Assembly: GCA_964485575.1 (NCBI GenBank)
Contig: CAZAJO010000003.1
Coordinates: 19,722-83,721, forward strand
Length of the DNA stretch: 64,000 bases
Reading direction: 5' to 3'
Source: an uncultured Gammaproteobacteria bacterium
Lineage (GTDB): Bacteria > Patescibacteriota > Microgenomatia > Levybacterales > GWA1-39-11
The notes under the pieces were generated by a model. The model saw only the letters and a program-made list of their open reading frames with translations, was not told the origin of the DNA and did no database searches. Below are positions 18,949 to 28,672 of this stretch, in pieces; within the stretch, counting starts at the first letter, position 1; every line of letters begins with the position of its first letter. Position numbers and translations under genes: made by a program.

Positions 18949-21900
18949 TTAATAAAATTTCTAAGTTTACAGTATTCGCAATCAAGATCTTTACATGTAT
19001 CATTCCAGAAAGAAAGAGAAGATATCTCTTCTCCTACCTTTACCGTCTGCTCAAGTAATATCTTTTCCTCTTCGTCAGTAATATCAAATACTTCCCGCCT
19101 GTAATCTCCTTTTTCGGTTGGTTCTACAAATTCGATTATGCCATTATTCATCTTAAAAAAACCGTTTCGAAAGCGGTCTAGTAAAATTTTGTAGAACACT
19201 AGTTGTCTTTTATAATTCCCATCCCCATCTTTTACATTTCCTTCAATAACATTTCTTGATTTTGGCTTTCCTGTCTTAAAATCAGTGACATCAAATTTAC
19301 CTCCATCCACTGGACGTATCATATCTATCTTTCCATTAAGAATAAGGTCATCATTTATTCTTATTCCCTTTATTTCAAGTTCTGTCTCCATGTCACTTTC
19401 CCAATCAGTCATTTGATTGTCATAAAATCCAGAAAGAGCCTCTTTTCCTCTTTCCATAAATCTATCCCTCTCGTTTTCAGAGAATGGGAGGATATCCATT
19501 TCTTCTCTAAATTTTTCTATCAATAATTCCTTTGTCACTTTCTTGCCTTTTTTAAGTTGCACCAAATACTGATTCAGAGCACCATGGATTGCACTACCGT
19601 AAAGATTTGAATTTTCAATTTTCTGCGGAAGACGTATGAGATTTACAAAAAAGAATTTCCAAGGACATGTTAAATAATTGTTCAATGCACTAACCGATAA
19701 ACCTTGTCTTCTAAATAACTCTTTTGCATATTTTGATGATATCAGCTGACCTTTTTCTGATTTGGAGCTTACGAGTATTGCTTCTAAATTAGAGGATAGC
19801 TTTTTTTCGAAATTGACTATATTCTCCTCAAATATAAATTCTTCAGGAATTTCACTTATGAATTGAGAAGGAATTTGTTCTCTTCCATCCATCGAGGTCA
19901 TAGAGTATGTGATAAATATTTTTTTTCTAGCTCGTGTCATAGCTACATAAAAAAGTCTCCTCTCATCAGCATTCTTGTCCATCTCCTCATCTGACTCACG
20001 AGTTCCTACCAGATATTCCCATGGTATTTCAAATTTTGAACCAATATTGTGCTTGTTACCCCAATGTGTGTCATAGCAGTTCACAATAAAAACATTATCA
20101 AACTCAAGACCTTTTGATTTGTGAACAGTCATTACTCTGACAAGATCTTCTGGAATAATGCTGGTATTAAGTTTTAGAGAGATTTTATGGGTTTTTAAAA
20201 GATCTATGAATTTTATGAAATCAGTTACAGTATATAGTGGATTTCTTGCTACCTGTTTTTTTATTTCATCATAAAGCCTGGTAACTCTTAGTAAAATTTC
20301 TTGCCCGTGAGGTTTTTTTAGAATTGTTGTCATAAGTCCAGATTTGTTCAGAACGTCAACAAACAACACATCAAACCGCGAATTTACAGATTGTTTTACA
20401 AATCCATCCTCTCCCATAAATAATTTAACAAACTGTTCTATTGGTTTTTTATTTAATATCTCTATCTCATCCAACCAATTGTTGTTTGTAAGCACATCCC
20501 AAACAGGAACTTTTTTATCATATGAAAGTCTGTTAATTTTAAAAACATCGAGTGGCGATATTTTAAAGCAATCCAAAAGTAATGCGCGCTGTACATTTTC
20601 ATTGGTTTGCTTTGCAACTGTCTTTAAGAGAAGAACTAATTTTTGAACATCAAGGTCATCAAGTATATCGTTGTCTGCCTCCACAATGTATGGAATTTTT
20701 TCATTTTCAAATACCGGAATAAAACTTTCAACATCCCTGTTGTTACGGACCAGAACTGCTATCTCATGCCCCTTGGCAGACTTTAAAAGTTCTTTTATTT
20801 TCTCTGTAACAAAATAAACTTCAGATGTGCTAGTTGATAGGGATGCTATGTGAATCTTTTCTTCACTATATCCCACATTCTTTTTGAGAGCATGGCTTTC
20901 AGCCAAAATTTTTGAATGTTTTGGATTATTACTGATCAGTGAAAACGACGAATCTAAAATATTTTTTGTAGAGCGGTAGTTATCTGAAAGATTTATCAGT
21001 CTTGCATCTGGATACTTTTCTTTAAATTTGTAAAAGTTTGCAATTGTTGCTCCCTGAAACCTAAATATTGCTTGTTTTTCATCACCTACAATAAAAAGGT
21101 TTGGGTTCTCAAAATAGTTTGAGATCAACTCTACTATCTTATTTTGAGAAGCATTTGTATCCTGATGCTCATCGACTAAAAGATAGTGGAATTTTTCTTG
21201 CAGATATTGAAGTAAATATTCATGCTCTTCAAGTTTTTTTATTACTTCCAAAAGCATGTCGTTATAGTCATATTTCTTTCCCTTGAACAATCTTTTCTGA
21301 TACTCTTTGTAAACTAAAAGTAATTCTTTACTTTTTTCAAGATTATCAAATTGCTTCTTATATTGACTCTTCATCTTTCCTTTGTGAGCCCCTTTTTCGT
21401 GTAGAAGGTCGGGCCTATCTTTAAGATCTTTTTCAAAATCTTTTAGACCTTTTTCAAATCCTTCAGGAGTTATGTTTTCCTGTTTAAGATTGCCGATCAT
21501 TCTCATCGCAGGTTGGACATAATAAGTAAGATCTCCTAATGGCTTTAGAATCTTTAATGGGAGATCATTTATGGCACCTTCCACAATTTCTAGTTGATCT
21601 ATCTCATTTATATTTTCTGATGAAATAATATGAGCAAATTCCTCTTGATGAGTTTTAATAAAACTGTTACAAAATGAGTGGAATGTCGTGATGTCTACTC
21701 GATACGCATCGTGCCCAATAATCGAAAGTAATCTTTTTCTCATCTCATGAGCTGCTGCTTCAGTAAAGGTAAGGGCTAAAATATTTTCAGCATTCACTTG
21801 AGTTTTAAGAAGAATATTTGCAATGCGAAGTGTAAGAGTTTTTGTTTTTCCTGTTCCAGGTCCCGCAACAACCATAATAGCCCCTTCTATAGTGTCTACA

Positions 21901-21959
21901 GCTTCTTTTTGGGCGAGATTTAATCCTTTATATTGTTTTTCAAATTCTCGTGACGTCAT
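18945..21959 (-). CDS. UvrD/REP-family helicase with C-terminal PD-(D/E)XK nuclease domain
   Basis: AGPGTGKT, LVDEHQDTN, VGDEKQAIFRFQGA, MTVHKSKGLEF, GKID...DFKTG, Cys cluster. Confidence 0.93.
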   Translation of the reverse strand: MTSREFEKQYKGLNLAQKEAVDTIEGAIMVVAGPGTGKTKTLTLRIANILLKTQVNAENILALTFTEAAAHEMRKRLLSIIGHDAYRVDITTFHSFCNSFIKTHQEEFAHIISSENINEIDQLEIVEGAINDLPLKILKPLGDLTYYVQPAMRMIGNLKQENITPEGFEKGLKDFEKDLKDRPDLLHEKGAHKGKMKSQYKKQFDNLEKSKELLLVYKEYQKRLFKGKKYDYNDMLLEVIKKLEEHEYLLQYLQEKFHYLLVDEHQDTNASQNKIVELISNYFENPNLFIVGDEKQAIFRFQGATIANFYKFKEKYPDARLINLSDNYRSTKNILDSSFSLISNNPKHSKILAESHALKKNVGYSEEKIHIASLSTSTSEVYFVTEKIKELLKSAKGHEIAVLVRNNRDVESFIPVFENEKIPYIVEADNDILDDLDVQKLVLLLKTVAKQTNENVQRALLLDCFKISPLDVFKINRLSYDKKVPVWDVLTNNNWLDEIEILNKKPIEQFVKLFMGEDGFVKQSVNSRFDVLFVDVLNKSGLMTTILKKPHGQEILLRVTRLYDEIKKQVARNPLYTVTDFIKFIDLLKTHKISLKLNTSIIPEDLVRVMTVHKSKGLEFDNVFIVNCYDTHWGNKHNIGSKFEIPWEYLVGTRESDEEMDKNADERRLFYVAMTRARKKIFITYSMTSMDGREQIPSQFISEIPEEFIFEENIVNFEKKLSSNLEAILVSSKSEKGQLISSKYAKELFRRQGLSVSALNNYLTCPWKFFFVNLIRLPQKIENSNLYGSAIHGALNQYLVQLKKGKKVTKELLIEKFREEMDILPFSENERDRFMERGKEALSGFYDNQMTDWESDMETELEIKGIRINDDLILNGKIDMIRPVDGGKFDVTDFKTGKPKSRNVIEGNVKDGDGNYKRQLVFYKILLDRFRNGFFKMNNGIIEFVEPTEKGDYRREVFDITDEEEKILLEQTVKVGEEISSLSFWNDTCKDLDCEYCKLRNFIN

Positions 21960-21973
21960 GGGGAGATAAAAAT

Positions 21974-22343
21974 GCCTCAGGAAGAGAGTGAGCCGGATTC
22001 TGTTTTAATCGTAATCTCTCTCGATTTGATATTAGTCAATTCGTTCGCCTATTCGGCGAATGCCCTCAAACTTTGGTGCTAGTCACCCTTACGGGTGACA
22101 GGTAATGTACGTTCGCACCTTTCGGAGGTTGCAGCAGGTGGGATTGCCCGTTTCACACTCACTCGTCTCTGTTGCTCTCAGAAAATGTTAATTCATCTTC
22201 TGTCCTAGTCTTCACATGTGAGTAAAAAGACTAGTAACCAGCGCTTCCACGTCGGAGCTTGCACTCCAACCCTGACATTACACCTGTCCGGACTTTCCTC
22301 TGCATTCAATAAAGATTGCAGTAACGAAACTTCTTCCTAAGGC
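21974..22343 (-). ncRNA. rnpB: RNase P RNA
   Basis: Minus strand has GAGGAAAGTCCGG near the 5' end and ACAGAATCCGGCTCAC near the 3' end; terminal P1 stem GCCTTAGGAAGA/TCTTCCTGAGGC. Confidence 0.93.
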
Positions 22344-22389
22344 TTACGTATTATACCACGAGGATAAAAGCACAACAACTTATAGTAAA

Positions 22390-23325
22390 TTACTTCGTGA
22401 GGAAATTATTTAATTCACTTTTTATCTCATCAACATAGTTTTTTTCAATATCAAACCAAATTGTGTTCCCGTATTTACGGAACCACGTCATCTGGTTTTT
22501 TGCATGACGGTATTCTGAAATCTTCCAGCGGTAAGCTGCTTCTTCCAAACTTATTTCCCCCTGTAGGTATTGAAAAAGTTGCTTGTATCCATTTGCATCT
22601 TTTATCTGTGGCGCCAAACTATCATAAATTTCAAACAATTTTGCTACCTCCACTAATGCTCCTTGTTTCAGGCGATCAGCTACTCTCAGATCAATTCTCT
22701 GTTTAAGAACATCTCTTTCGCACTGCAACCCAATCACCAAACTTTCCTCATTTGTATTTTCCTTGATTTCTAGTTCTTGATTCTTAATTCTTGATCGCTC
22801 AACCTCAATCGCTCTGATAAGTCTTCTTGGATTATTTCTATCTGAATCGTTCAGAGAATTTAGCTTTACACTAGGGAGTAGTTTTTGAAGTTTCAAAACA
22901 GACAATTTCTCAAGTTTACTGCGTAGTTTTATATCAGGTTTTATCGAAGCTGTATCTATTGGCTCCAATAATGATTTGACATATAGTCCAGTTCCTCCAA
23001 CAACAATTGGCAATTTATTATTCTTAAGAATTTTTCCTATAGTAATAGTCGCAATATCTTGGAAATTAGAAACAGAAAATGCTGAAGTTGGATCTACAAT
23101 ATCAAGTAGAAAAATAGGGATGCCCCTATCAATATAAAAGCCTGCGTTATTTCCATGTTTGAAGGCAGTTTTGGATAAATCTTTCCCCGAAACTATATCA
23201 AGTCCTTTATAGACCTGAATAGAATCAGCGCTAATCAATTCGGCATTAAATTCCTTAGCAAGACTGAATGCAAGGTCTGTTTTTCCCACACCAGTCGGCC
23301 CGACGATATAAACTATTTTTTGCAT
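22390..23325 (-). CDS. miaA: tRNA dimethylallyltransferase
   Basis: GPTGVGKT, SADSIQVY, VGGTGLY, AKNQMTWF; start taken at internal ATG (MQKIVYIV). Confidence 0.95.
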   Translation of the reverse strand: MQKIVYIVGPTGVGKTDLAFSLAKEFNAELISADSIQVYKGLDIVSGKDLSKTAFKHGNNAGFYIDRGIPIFLLDIVDPTSAFSVSNFQDIATITIGKILKNNKLPIVVGGTGLYVKSLLEPIDTASIKPDIKLRSKLEKLSVLKLQKLLPSVKLNSLNDSDRNNPRRLIRAIEVERSRIKNQELEIKENTNEESLVIGLQCERDVLKQRIDLRVADRLKQGALVEVAKLFEIYDSLAPQIKDANGYKQLFQYLQGEISLEEAAYRWKISEYRHAKNQMTWFRKYGNTIWFDIEKNYVDEIKSELNNFLTK

Positions 23326-23348
23326 GAGGCTATTATACCTCACTATAG

Positions 23349-23627
23349 TTATTTAATGGCCTTTTTTAAGCTCTTACCAGGAGTAAATCCCGGAGCCTTT
23401 CTTGCAGAGATAGTTATTGCTGCGCCTGTTTTTGGGTTTCTTCCCTTGCGGGCTTTTCTTGATCTTACAGAAAAAGTACCAAAACCGGTAATTACAACTT
23501 TCTCTCCTCTTTTTAGTGAATCACGGATTCCATTCAAAAAAACTTTAACGGATTCTTTGGCAGCTTTATTGGTCAGGTTTCCTTTTTTAGCGACGAGCTC
23601 AATGAGCTCTTTTTTTGTAACGGACAT
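23349..23627 (-). CDS. hup: DNA-binding protein HU
   Basis: GFGTFSV, RKGRNPKTG. Confidence 0.95.
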   Translation of the reverse strand: MSVTKKELIELVAKKGNLTNKAAKESVKVFLNGIRDSLKRGEKVVITGFGTFSVRSRKARKGRNPKTGAAITISARKAPGFTPGKSLKKAIK

Positions 23628-23706
23628 ATGAAATTCACCCCCTCTCGTTTAATTTTTCCTTGATTTAACAATACAAACTATCAATTGGTTTGTCAATATA
23701 TCGGTT

Positions 23707-23985
23707 TTGGATTACAATATTTCAGTGAGCACATTAGAGGAAAGAATCGAAAAAATCGAACAAAGAAACAAGAACGTAGAGTCTGACAAAGCTTGGGAAG
23801 GAAGTTGGACAAGAAAAACTGTTCTTATATTGTTTACATACATTACGATTGGACTGTATCTTAATGTAATCAATATATCCGATCCATGGATCAACGCAAT
23901 CGTTCCATCGATAGGGTTCTTCTTATCTACACTGACACTGCCTTGGATAAAAATCTGGTGGAAGAAAAATTTATATACGAGCTGA
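23707..23985 (+). CDS. Small hypothetical membrane protein
   Basis: RNKNVESDKAWE motif followed by two hydrophobic segments. Confidence 0.65.
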   Translation: MDYNISVSTLEERIEKIEQRNKNVESDKAWEGSWTRKTVLILFTYITIGLYLNVINISDPWINAIVPSIGFFLSTLTLPWIKIWWKKNLYTS

Positions 23986-23987
23986 GG

Positions 23988-25145
23988 TCACTCTTTTGGC
24001 TCGGTAACGCGGAATTCGCGGATAACTGTTACTCTAACAACTCCTGGAACGATAACTTTTCTATCAATTTCTTCTTTTATTTTTCGAGCTAAAATTGTCG
24101 TTTCAACGTCATCCAATTTTCCAGGATTAACGGCTACTCTGATCTCACGACCCGCCTCGAAGGCGTAAGCGTCCTCAACACCATCATAATGCTTTGCTAT
24201 CTCTTCCATATCCCGAAGTCTCTTCATATAGTCCTGTAGATCCTCATGTCTCGCGCCGGGTCTTGCACCGGAAATACTGTCAGCTGTTGACACGATCATT
24301 GACTCTATTGAAGAGAATGGCTTATCTTCATGATGCTCTGCTACGCAATTGACGATCTCACGTGGAATTTTATATTTATTGAGAAGTTCTACCCCAAGAT
24401 CAACGTGACTTCCTTCTTTTTCAGTGACAATCTTTCCGATGTCGTGGAAAAGGCATCCAAGCTTTACTGTCTCGACATTTGCTCCTATTTCGTGTGCGAT
24501 TTGCATTCCAATCTTCGTCTCTTCTAATGTATGAACAACTAGATTTTGTCCAAAAGAAGTTCTGAATTTAAAGCGTCCAAGCATTTGGATAAGATCTGGG
24601 TGAATATTGTATGCGTCAACTGCATGGGCCAATTTTTCTCCTTCTTCGTATACTATTTTATTAACCTCTTTCTGTTGCTGTTCTACTACTTCCTCGATTC
24701 TGACTGGCTGAATCCTTGTATCTCTTATGAGAAGTTCCAATGATCTTCTAGCTACTTCACGTCTAACTGGATCAAAGCTTGATAGGCGTATAATTCCTCT
24801 CTCCTCAAGATCAACATCTACTCCGGTTGCATTCTCAAATGCTCTTATATTTCTTCCTTCTTTTCCTATGATTCTACCTTTCATGTCCTCATCCTCAATC
24901 TTTACGACCGAGAGTGTGTATTCTGGAAGAAAATCAAGTGCTCCATGCTTTATAGCATCAGCCAAAATTTCTTGAGCCTTTTTGTGTGCTACAGCTTTTG
25001 TTTCTGCTTCTGCTTCTTTGATCTCTTTGGCCATTTCGCCCTTAAGATCATTTTGCATTTCTGCGATAAGTAGCCTTTTTGCCTCTTCAGAGGTTATATG
25101 AGAGATTTCTTCTAATTTTTTTATGTAATTTTTTCTATCGTCCAT
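23988..25145 (-). CDS. rny: Ribonuclease Y (no N-terminal TM anchor)
   Basis: KH motif KGRIIGKEGRNIRA, HD motif FHDIGK, SGARPGAR. Confidence 0.93.
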   Translation of the reverse strand: MDDRKNYIKKLEEISHITSEEAKRLLIAEMQNDLKGEMAKEIKEAEAETKAVAHKKAQEILADAIKHGALDFLPEYTLSVVKIEDEDMKGRIIGKEGRNIRAFENATGVDVDLEERGIIRLSSFDPVRREVARRSLELLIRDTRIQPVRIEEVVEQQQKEVNKIVYEEGEKLAHAVDAYNIHPDLIQMLGRFKFRTSFGQNLVVHTLEETKIGMQIAHEIGANVETVKLGCLFHDIGKIVTEKEGSHVDLGVELLNKYKIPREIVNCVAEHHEDKPFSSIESMIVSTADSISGARPGARHEDLQDYMKRLRDMEEIAKHYDGVEDAYAFEAGREIRVAVNPGKLDDVETTILARKIKEEIDRKVIVPGVVRVTVIREFRVTEPKE

Positions 25146-25342
25146 TTTTGGACAAAGCGGAAGACCTATTTAAAATAGGTGAGGCGTAAAGTTGGTTTGA
25201 ACATTTTGGTATTCATGGCTTTTACTCCGTACCGCATTGATTGTTTGATTATATCAGCCTTGTCATGTTTTCACAATATTGAGAGGCTGACACAATCAGG
25301 CTTGTGTTGAACGACCAAAGCCGATAAACTAGAATACTGCCC

Positions 25343-26608
25343 ATGTTAATAACTAATTTTGACCAACTTGCAATAACTCCTCAGAGAAAGACAATTCTTG
25401 ATATTATTGAGGCTGGCTTTGAATCCTTACAACCTGATGTCAATTTCAAGAAAACCGTCCAGTTTGATAACAATATTTTGACCATTTTAGATCAACAATA
25501 TGATCTCAATACCTTTGATCACGTATACCTCATAGGCTTTGGTAAAGGAAGTTCAACCAACGCCAAACTGCTTGAAGATCTATTGGGGGAAAAGTTAAGT
25601 GAAGGATATGTAATTGACACAAAGGAACAAGAATTCAAAAAAATTCAATTCACGCTTGGAACTCATCCAGTTGTTTCTCAACAAAATGTAGATTTTACAT
25701 TCAAGTTGATGGATAGATTCTCAAAAATGACTGAACGTGATCTTGTCTTGGTTGTTGTTTGCGGGGGAGGAAGTGCAATGCTTGAGCATCCACACTCAGT
25801 GAGTATTGAGCAAAAGATAGAAATAGAAAAAGCTTTATTGAAATCAGGGGCCAATATAATAGAAATGAACAAAATTAGACAACACCTATCAGATGTCAAA
25901 GGAGGAGGACTTGCACAAATTTTGTATCCAGCAACAGTTGCTACATTAATTTACTCAGATGTCCCTGGAAATGATATTTCCTATATAGCATCGGGTCCTA
26001 CAGTAAAAGATGATACCACTATTGATGACGCGATGGCGCTCGTTACAAAATTTAATATCCCTGATATTACACCCGAAGTATTCATAAATAACCCTCATGA
26101 TGATAAGTATTTCGAGAAGGTACGGAACCATATCGTTCTTTCTAACCTAACCGCCCTCAACAAGATGAAGGAAATAGCAGAACAAAACAATCTCTCCGCA
26201 ACAATCTTTAGTGATAAATTTCAGGGAGAGGCAAGAAATGCTTCACTAGAACTTATGAGCAAGCAAGAAGGACCAGGAATACTTTTTGCCGGTGGTGAAA
26301 CCACGGTAACGGCAAAAGGAGATGGGAAAGGTGGACGCAACCAAGAGGCTACTCTTTCAGCCCTCATAAATCTACCTGATAATACCCTTGTCTGCTTCTT
26401 TGCATCGGATGGGTGGGATAACTCCGAGGCAGCAGGAGCAATAGCAGATAGTGAAACAAAAAGAAAAGCGACAGAACAGAATGTGGATCTTTCAGGATTT
26501 TTGGAAAATAATGATAGCTTTACTGCATTTCAACAAACAAAAGATGCAATCATGACTGGTCGCCTACCTTCAAACGTCGCCGATTTAATGATAGTATGGA
26601 AGTGGTAG
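25343..26608 (+). CDS. Glycerate kinase-like protein (DUF4147/MOFRL)
   Basis: GGGSA, VKGGGLA, SDVPG, GGETTV, GGRNQE. Confidence 0.9.
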   Translation: MLITNFDQLAITPQRKTILDIIEAGFESLQPDVNFKKTVQFDNNILTILDQQYDLNTFDHVYLIGFGKGSSTNAKLLEDLLGEKLSEGYVIDTKEQEFKKIQFTLGTHPVVSQQNVDFTFKLMDRFSKMTERDLVLVVVCGGGSAMLEHPHSVSIEQKIEIEKALLKSGANIIEMNKIRQHLSDVKGGGLAQILYPATVATLIYSDVPGNDISYIASGPTVKDDTTIDDAMALVTKFNIPDITPEVFINNPHDDKYFEKVRNHIVLSNLTALNKMKEIAEQNNLSATIFSDKFQGEARNASLELMSKQEGPGILFAGGETTVTAKGDGKGGRNQEATLSALINLPDNTLVCFFASDGWDNSEAAGAIADSETKRKATEQNVDLSGFLENNDSFTAFQQTKDAIMTGRLPSNVADLMIVWKW

Positions 26609-26802
26609 TGGACAAATTGAGAATTGATTTTGAGAATTAATGAAGTGAACATTTTCAAAAAAAAGCATTTGAAAGCCGAGCAGGACCTTTTTTACGATAA
26701 GAAAAACCTGAATGAAAGGCTTTCATATAGTGAAGGGAGTTATTATTAATTAGCGTAACTGAATCCGAACGGGCTTTTTTTAAATAATGTGAACGGAATC
26801 CT

Positions 26803-27663
26803 ATGGAAGAAATAACTCAAGAAAAAATACTAGAACTCGAAGAAATCGCGGTCAAAGCACGTGAGCTTTTGATGACTACCTTATTGGAAGCAGGAAGTGG
26901 TCATTCTGCCGGGCCTCTTGGAATGGCTGATATCTTCACTGCGTTCTATTTTCATTTGCTAAATCACGACCCTAAAAATCCAGAATGGCCTGACCGCGAC
27001 CGTCTCATTCTCTCAAACGGTCATATCTGTCCTATCCGTTATGTATCAATGGCACAAGCTGACTACTTCCCCATAGAAGAGCTCAAAACTCTGAGAAAAA
27101 TTAACTCAAGAATCCAAGGCCATCCTCATAGGACCGCTCTACCGGGTCTTGAAACAACTTCAGGACCGCTTGGAGAAGGACTTTCGCAAGCTGTTGGAAT
27201 TGCACTTGCCGGAAGGTTAGATAAAAAAGATTACCAAGTCTATTGCATAGCATCAGATGGTGAACACCAAGAGGGTAATACTTGGGAGGCGGCAATGTGT
27301 GCTGCAAAATACAAACTAGACAATCTGACTTTGATAATAGACAGAAATAATATCCAGATTGATGGGAATACTGAAGATATAATGCCACTTGAATCTATGA
27401 GACTTAAATATGAATCTTTTAACTGGAATGTGTTGGAGATTAATGGCAATGATATTCGAGCAATTGTCGATGCCGTCCAGACTGCAAAGGCAATGCGAGA
27501 AAGGCCAACATGTATTATCGCCCACACTGTTCCTGGAAAAGGAGTGGACTTTATGGAGAATGATTTTACATGGCATGGCAAACCACCAAATGACAAAGAA
27601 GCAAAGTTAGCTCTTGCAGAACTAAGAACCCTGCAAGGTAAAATTGAATCAGAACACCAGTAG
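26803..27663 (+). CDS. Transketolase N-terminal subunit
   Basis: SGH, RDRLILSNGH, QGHP, DGEHQEG. Confidence 0.93.
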   Translation: MEEITQEKILELEEIAVKARELLMTTLLEAGSGHSAGPLGMADIFTAFYFHLLNHDPKNPEWPDRDRLILSNGHICPIRYVSMAQADYFPIEELKTLRKINSRIQGHPHRTALPGLETTSGPLGEGLSQAVGIALAGRLDKKDYQVYCIASDGEHQEGNTWEAAMCAAKYKLDNLTLIIDRNNIQIDGNTEDIMPLESMRLKYESFNWNVLEINGNDIRAIVDAVQTAKAMRERPTCIIAHTVPGKGVDFMENDFTWHGKPPNDKEAKLALAELRTLQGKIESEHQ

Positions 27664-27666
27664 TCT

Positions 27667-28659
27667 ATGTTAAATAACGAATTCAAACTTAACGAAAATT
27701 TATTTGACGAAGATGTCAAAAAAGCAGCAACCCGCGCCGGATATGGCGAGGGCTTGGTAGCACTTGGGGAGACCAACCCAAATGTAGTTGTTCTGTCTGC
27801 CGATCTTACTGAGTCGACAAAGGTAAATGAATTTGCTGAAAAATACCCGGAAAGATTTTTTGAAATGGGAGTTGCAGAACAAAATATGGCAGCTGTAGCG
27901 GCTGGTCTTGGAGTCACTGGAAAAGCAGCATTCATTTCCTCTTACGCTACATTCTCACCAGGAAAAAATTTGGAAACATTAAGAACAACAACAGTTTATA
28001 ACGACGCAAATGTAAAAATTGCAGGTCACCACGCAGGTCTCATGACGGGTCCGGATGGCGCAACTCATCAAGCAACTGAAGACTTAGCAATCACAAGAAC
28101 ATGGCCTAAGATGAGAGTTATTGTCCCGTGTGACGCCAACCAAGCGGCAAAATCTACAATGTATGCCGGCAATAATTACGGCCCTTTCTATCTTCGGTTC
28201 ACAAGAGACAATACTCCTTTGATAACTACGGTTGATACCCCATTTGAATTTGGAAAGGCCCAAACATTTTGGGTAACTCAAAATCCTACCGCTTCAATTT
28301 TTGCGACCGGATACATGGTTTTTCATGCACTTACTGCTGCAAAAGAATTGGAAGAAGAAGGAATAAATATATTAGTGACAAATATCCATACCATAAAACC
28401 AATCGATGAAGAGGCAATAATAAATATTGCAAGAGAAACGGGTGCTATTGTTTCGGTTGAAGATCATCAGGTTGATGGAGGGCTTGGCAGCGCAATAGCA
28501 GAAGTTCTTTCAAGAAATCTTCCAACACCTCAAGAATACATCGGACTTCAAAACACATTTGGAGAGTCAGGAAAGATCGATGAGTTACTCACAAAATATA
28601 AAATGGACAAAGATGCCATCAAAGAAGCAGTCAAAAAAGTTATTTCTAGAAAATCCTGA
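27667..28659 (+). CDS. Transketolase C-terminal subunit
   Basis: ADLTES, GVAEQNM, GPDGATHQ, EDHQ..GGLG. Confidence 0.93.
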   Translation: MLNNEFKLNENLFDEDVKKAATRAGYGEGLVALGETNPNVVVLSADLTESTKVNEFAEKYPERFFEMGVAEQNMAAVAAGLGVTGKAAFISSYATFSPGKNLETLRTTTVYNDANVKIAGHHAGLMTGPDGATHQATEDLAITRTWPKMRVIVPCDANQAAKSTMYAGNNYGPFYLRFTRDNTPLITTVDTPFEFGKAQTFWVTQNPTASIFATGYMVFHALTAAKELEEEGINILVTNIHTIKPIDEEAIINIARETGAIVSVEDHQVDGGLGSAIAEVLSRNLPTPQEYIGLQNTFGESGKIDELLTKYKMDKDAIKEAVKKVISRKS

Positions 28660-28672
28660 ACTTGTCGAAGAA

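Noticed and set aside
18945-21959. UvrD-like helicase as the GajB partner of the OLD nuclease
   Set aside because: About 24 kb away, outside the element, and has housekeeping helicase-nuclease architecture
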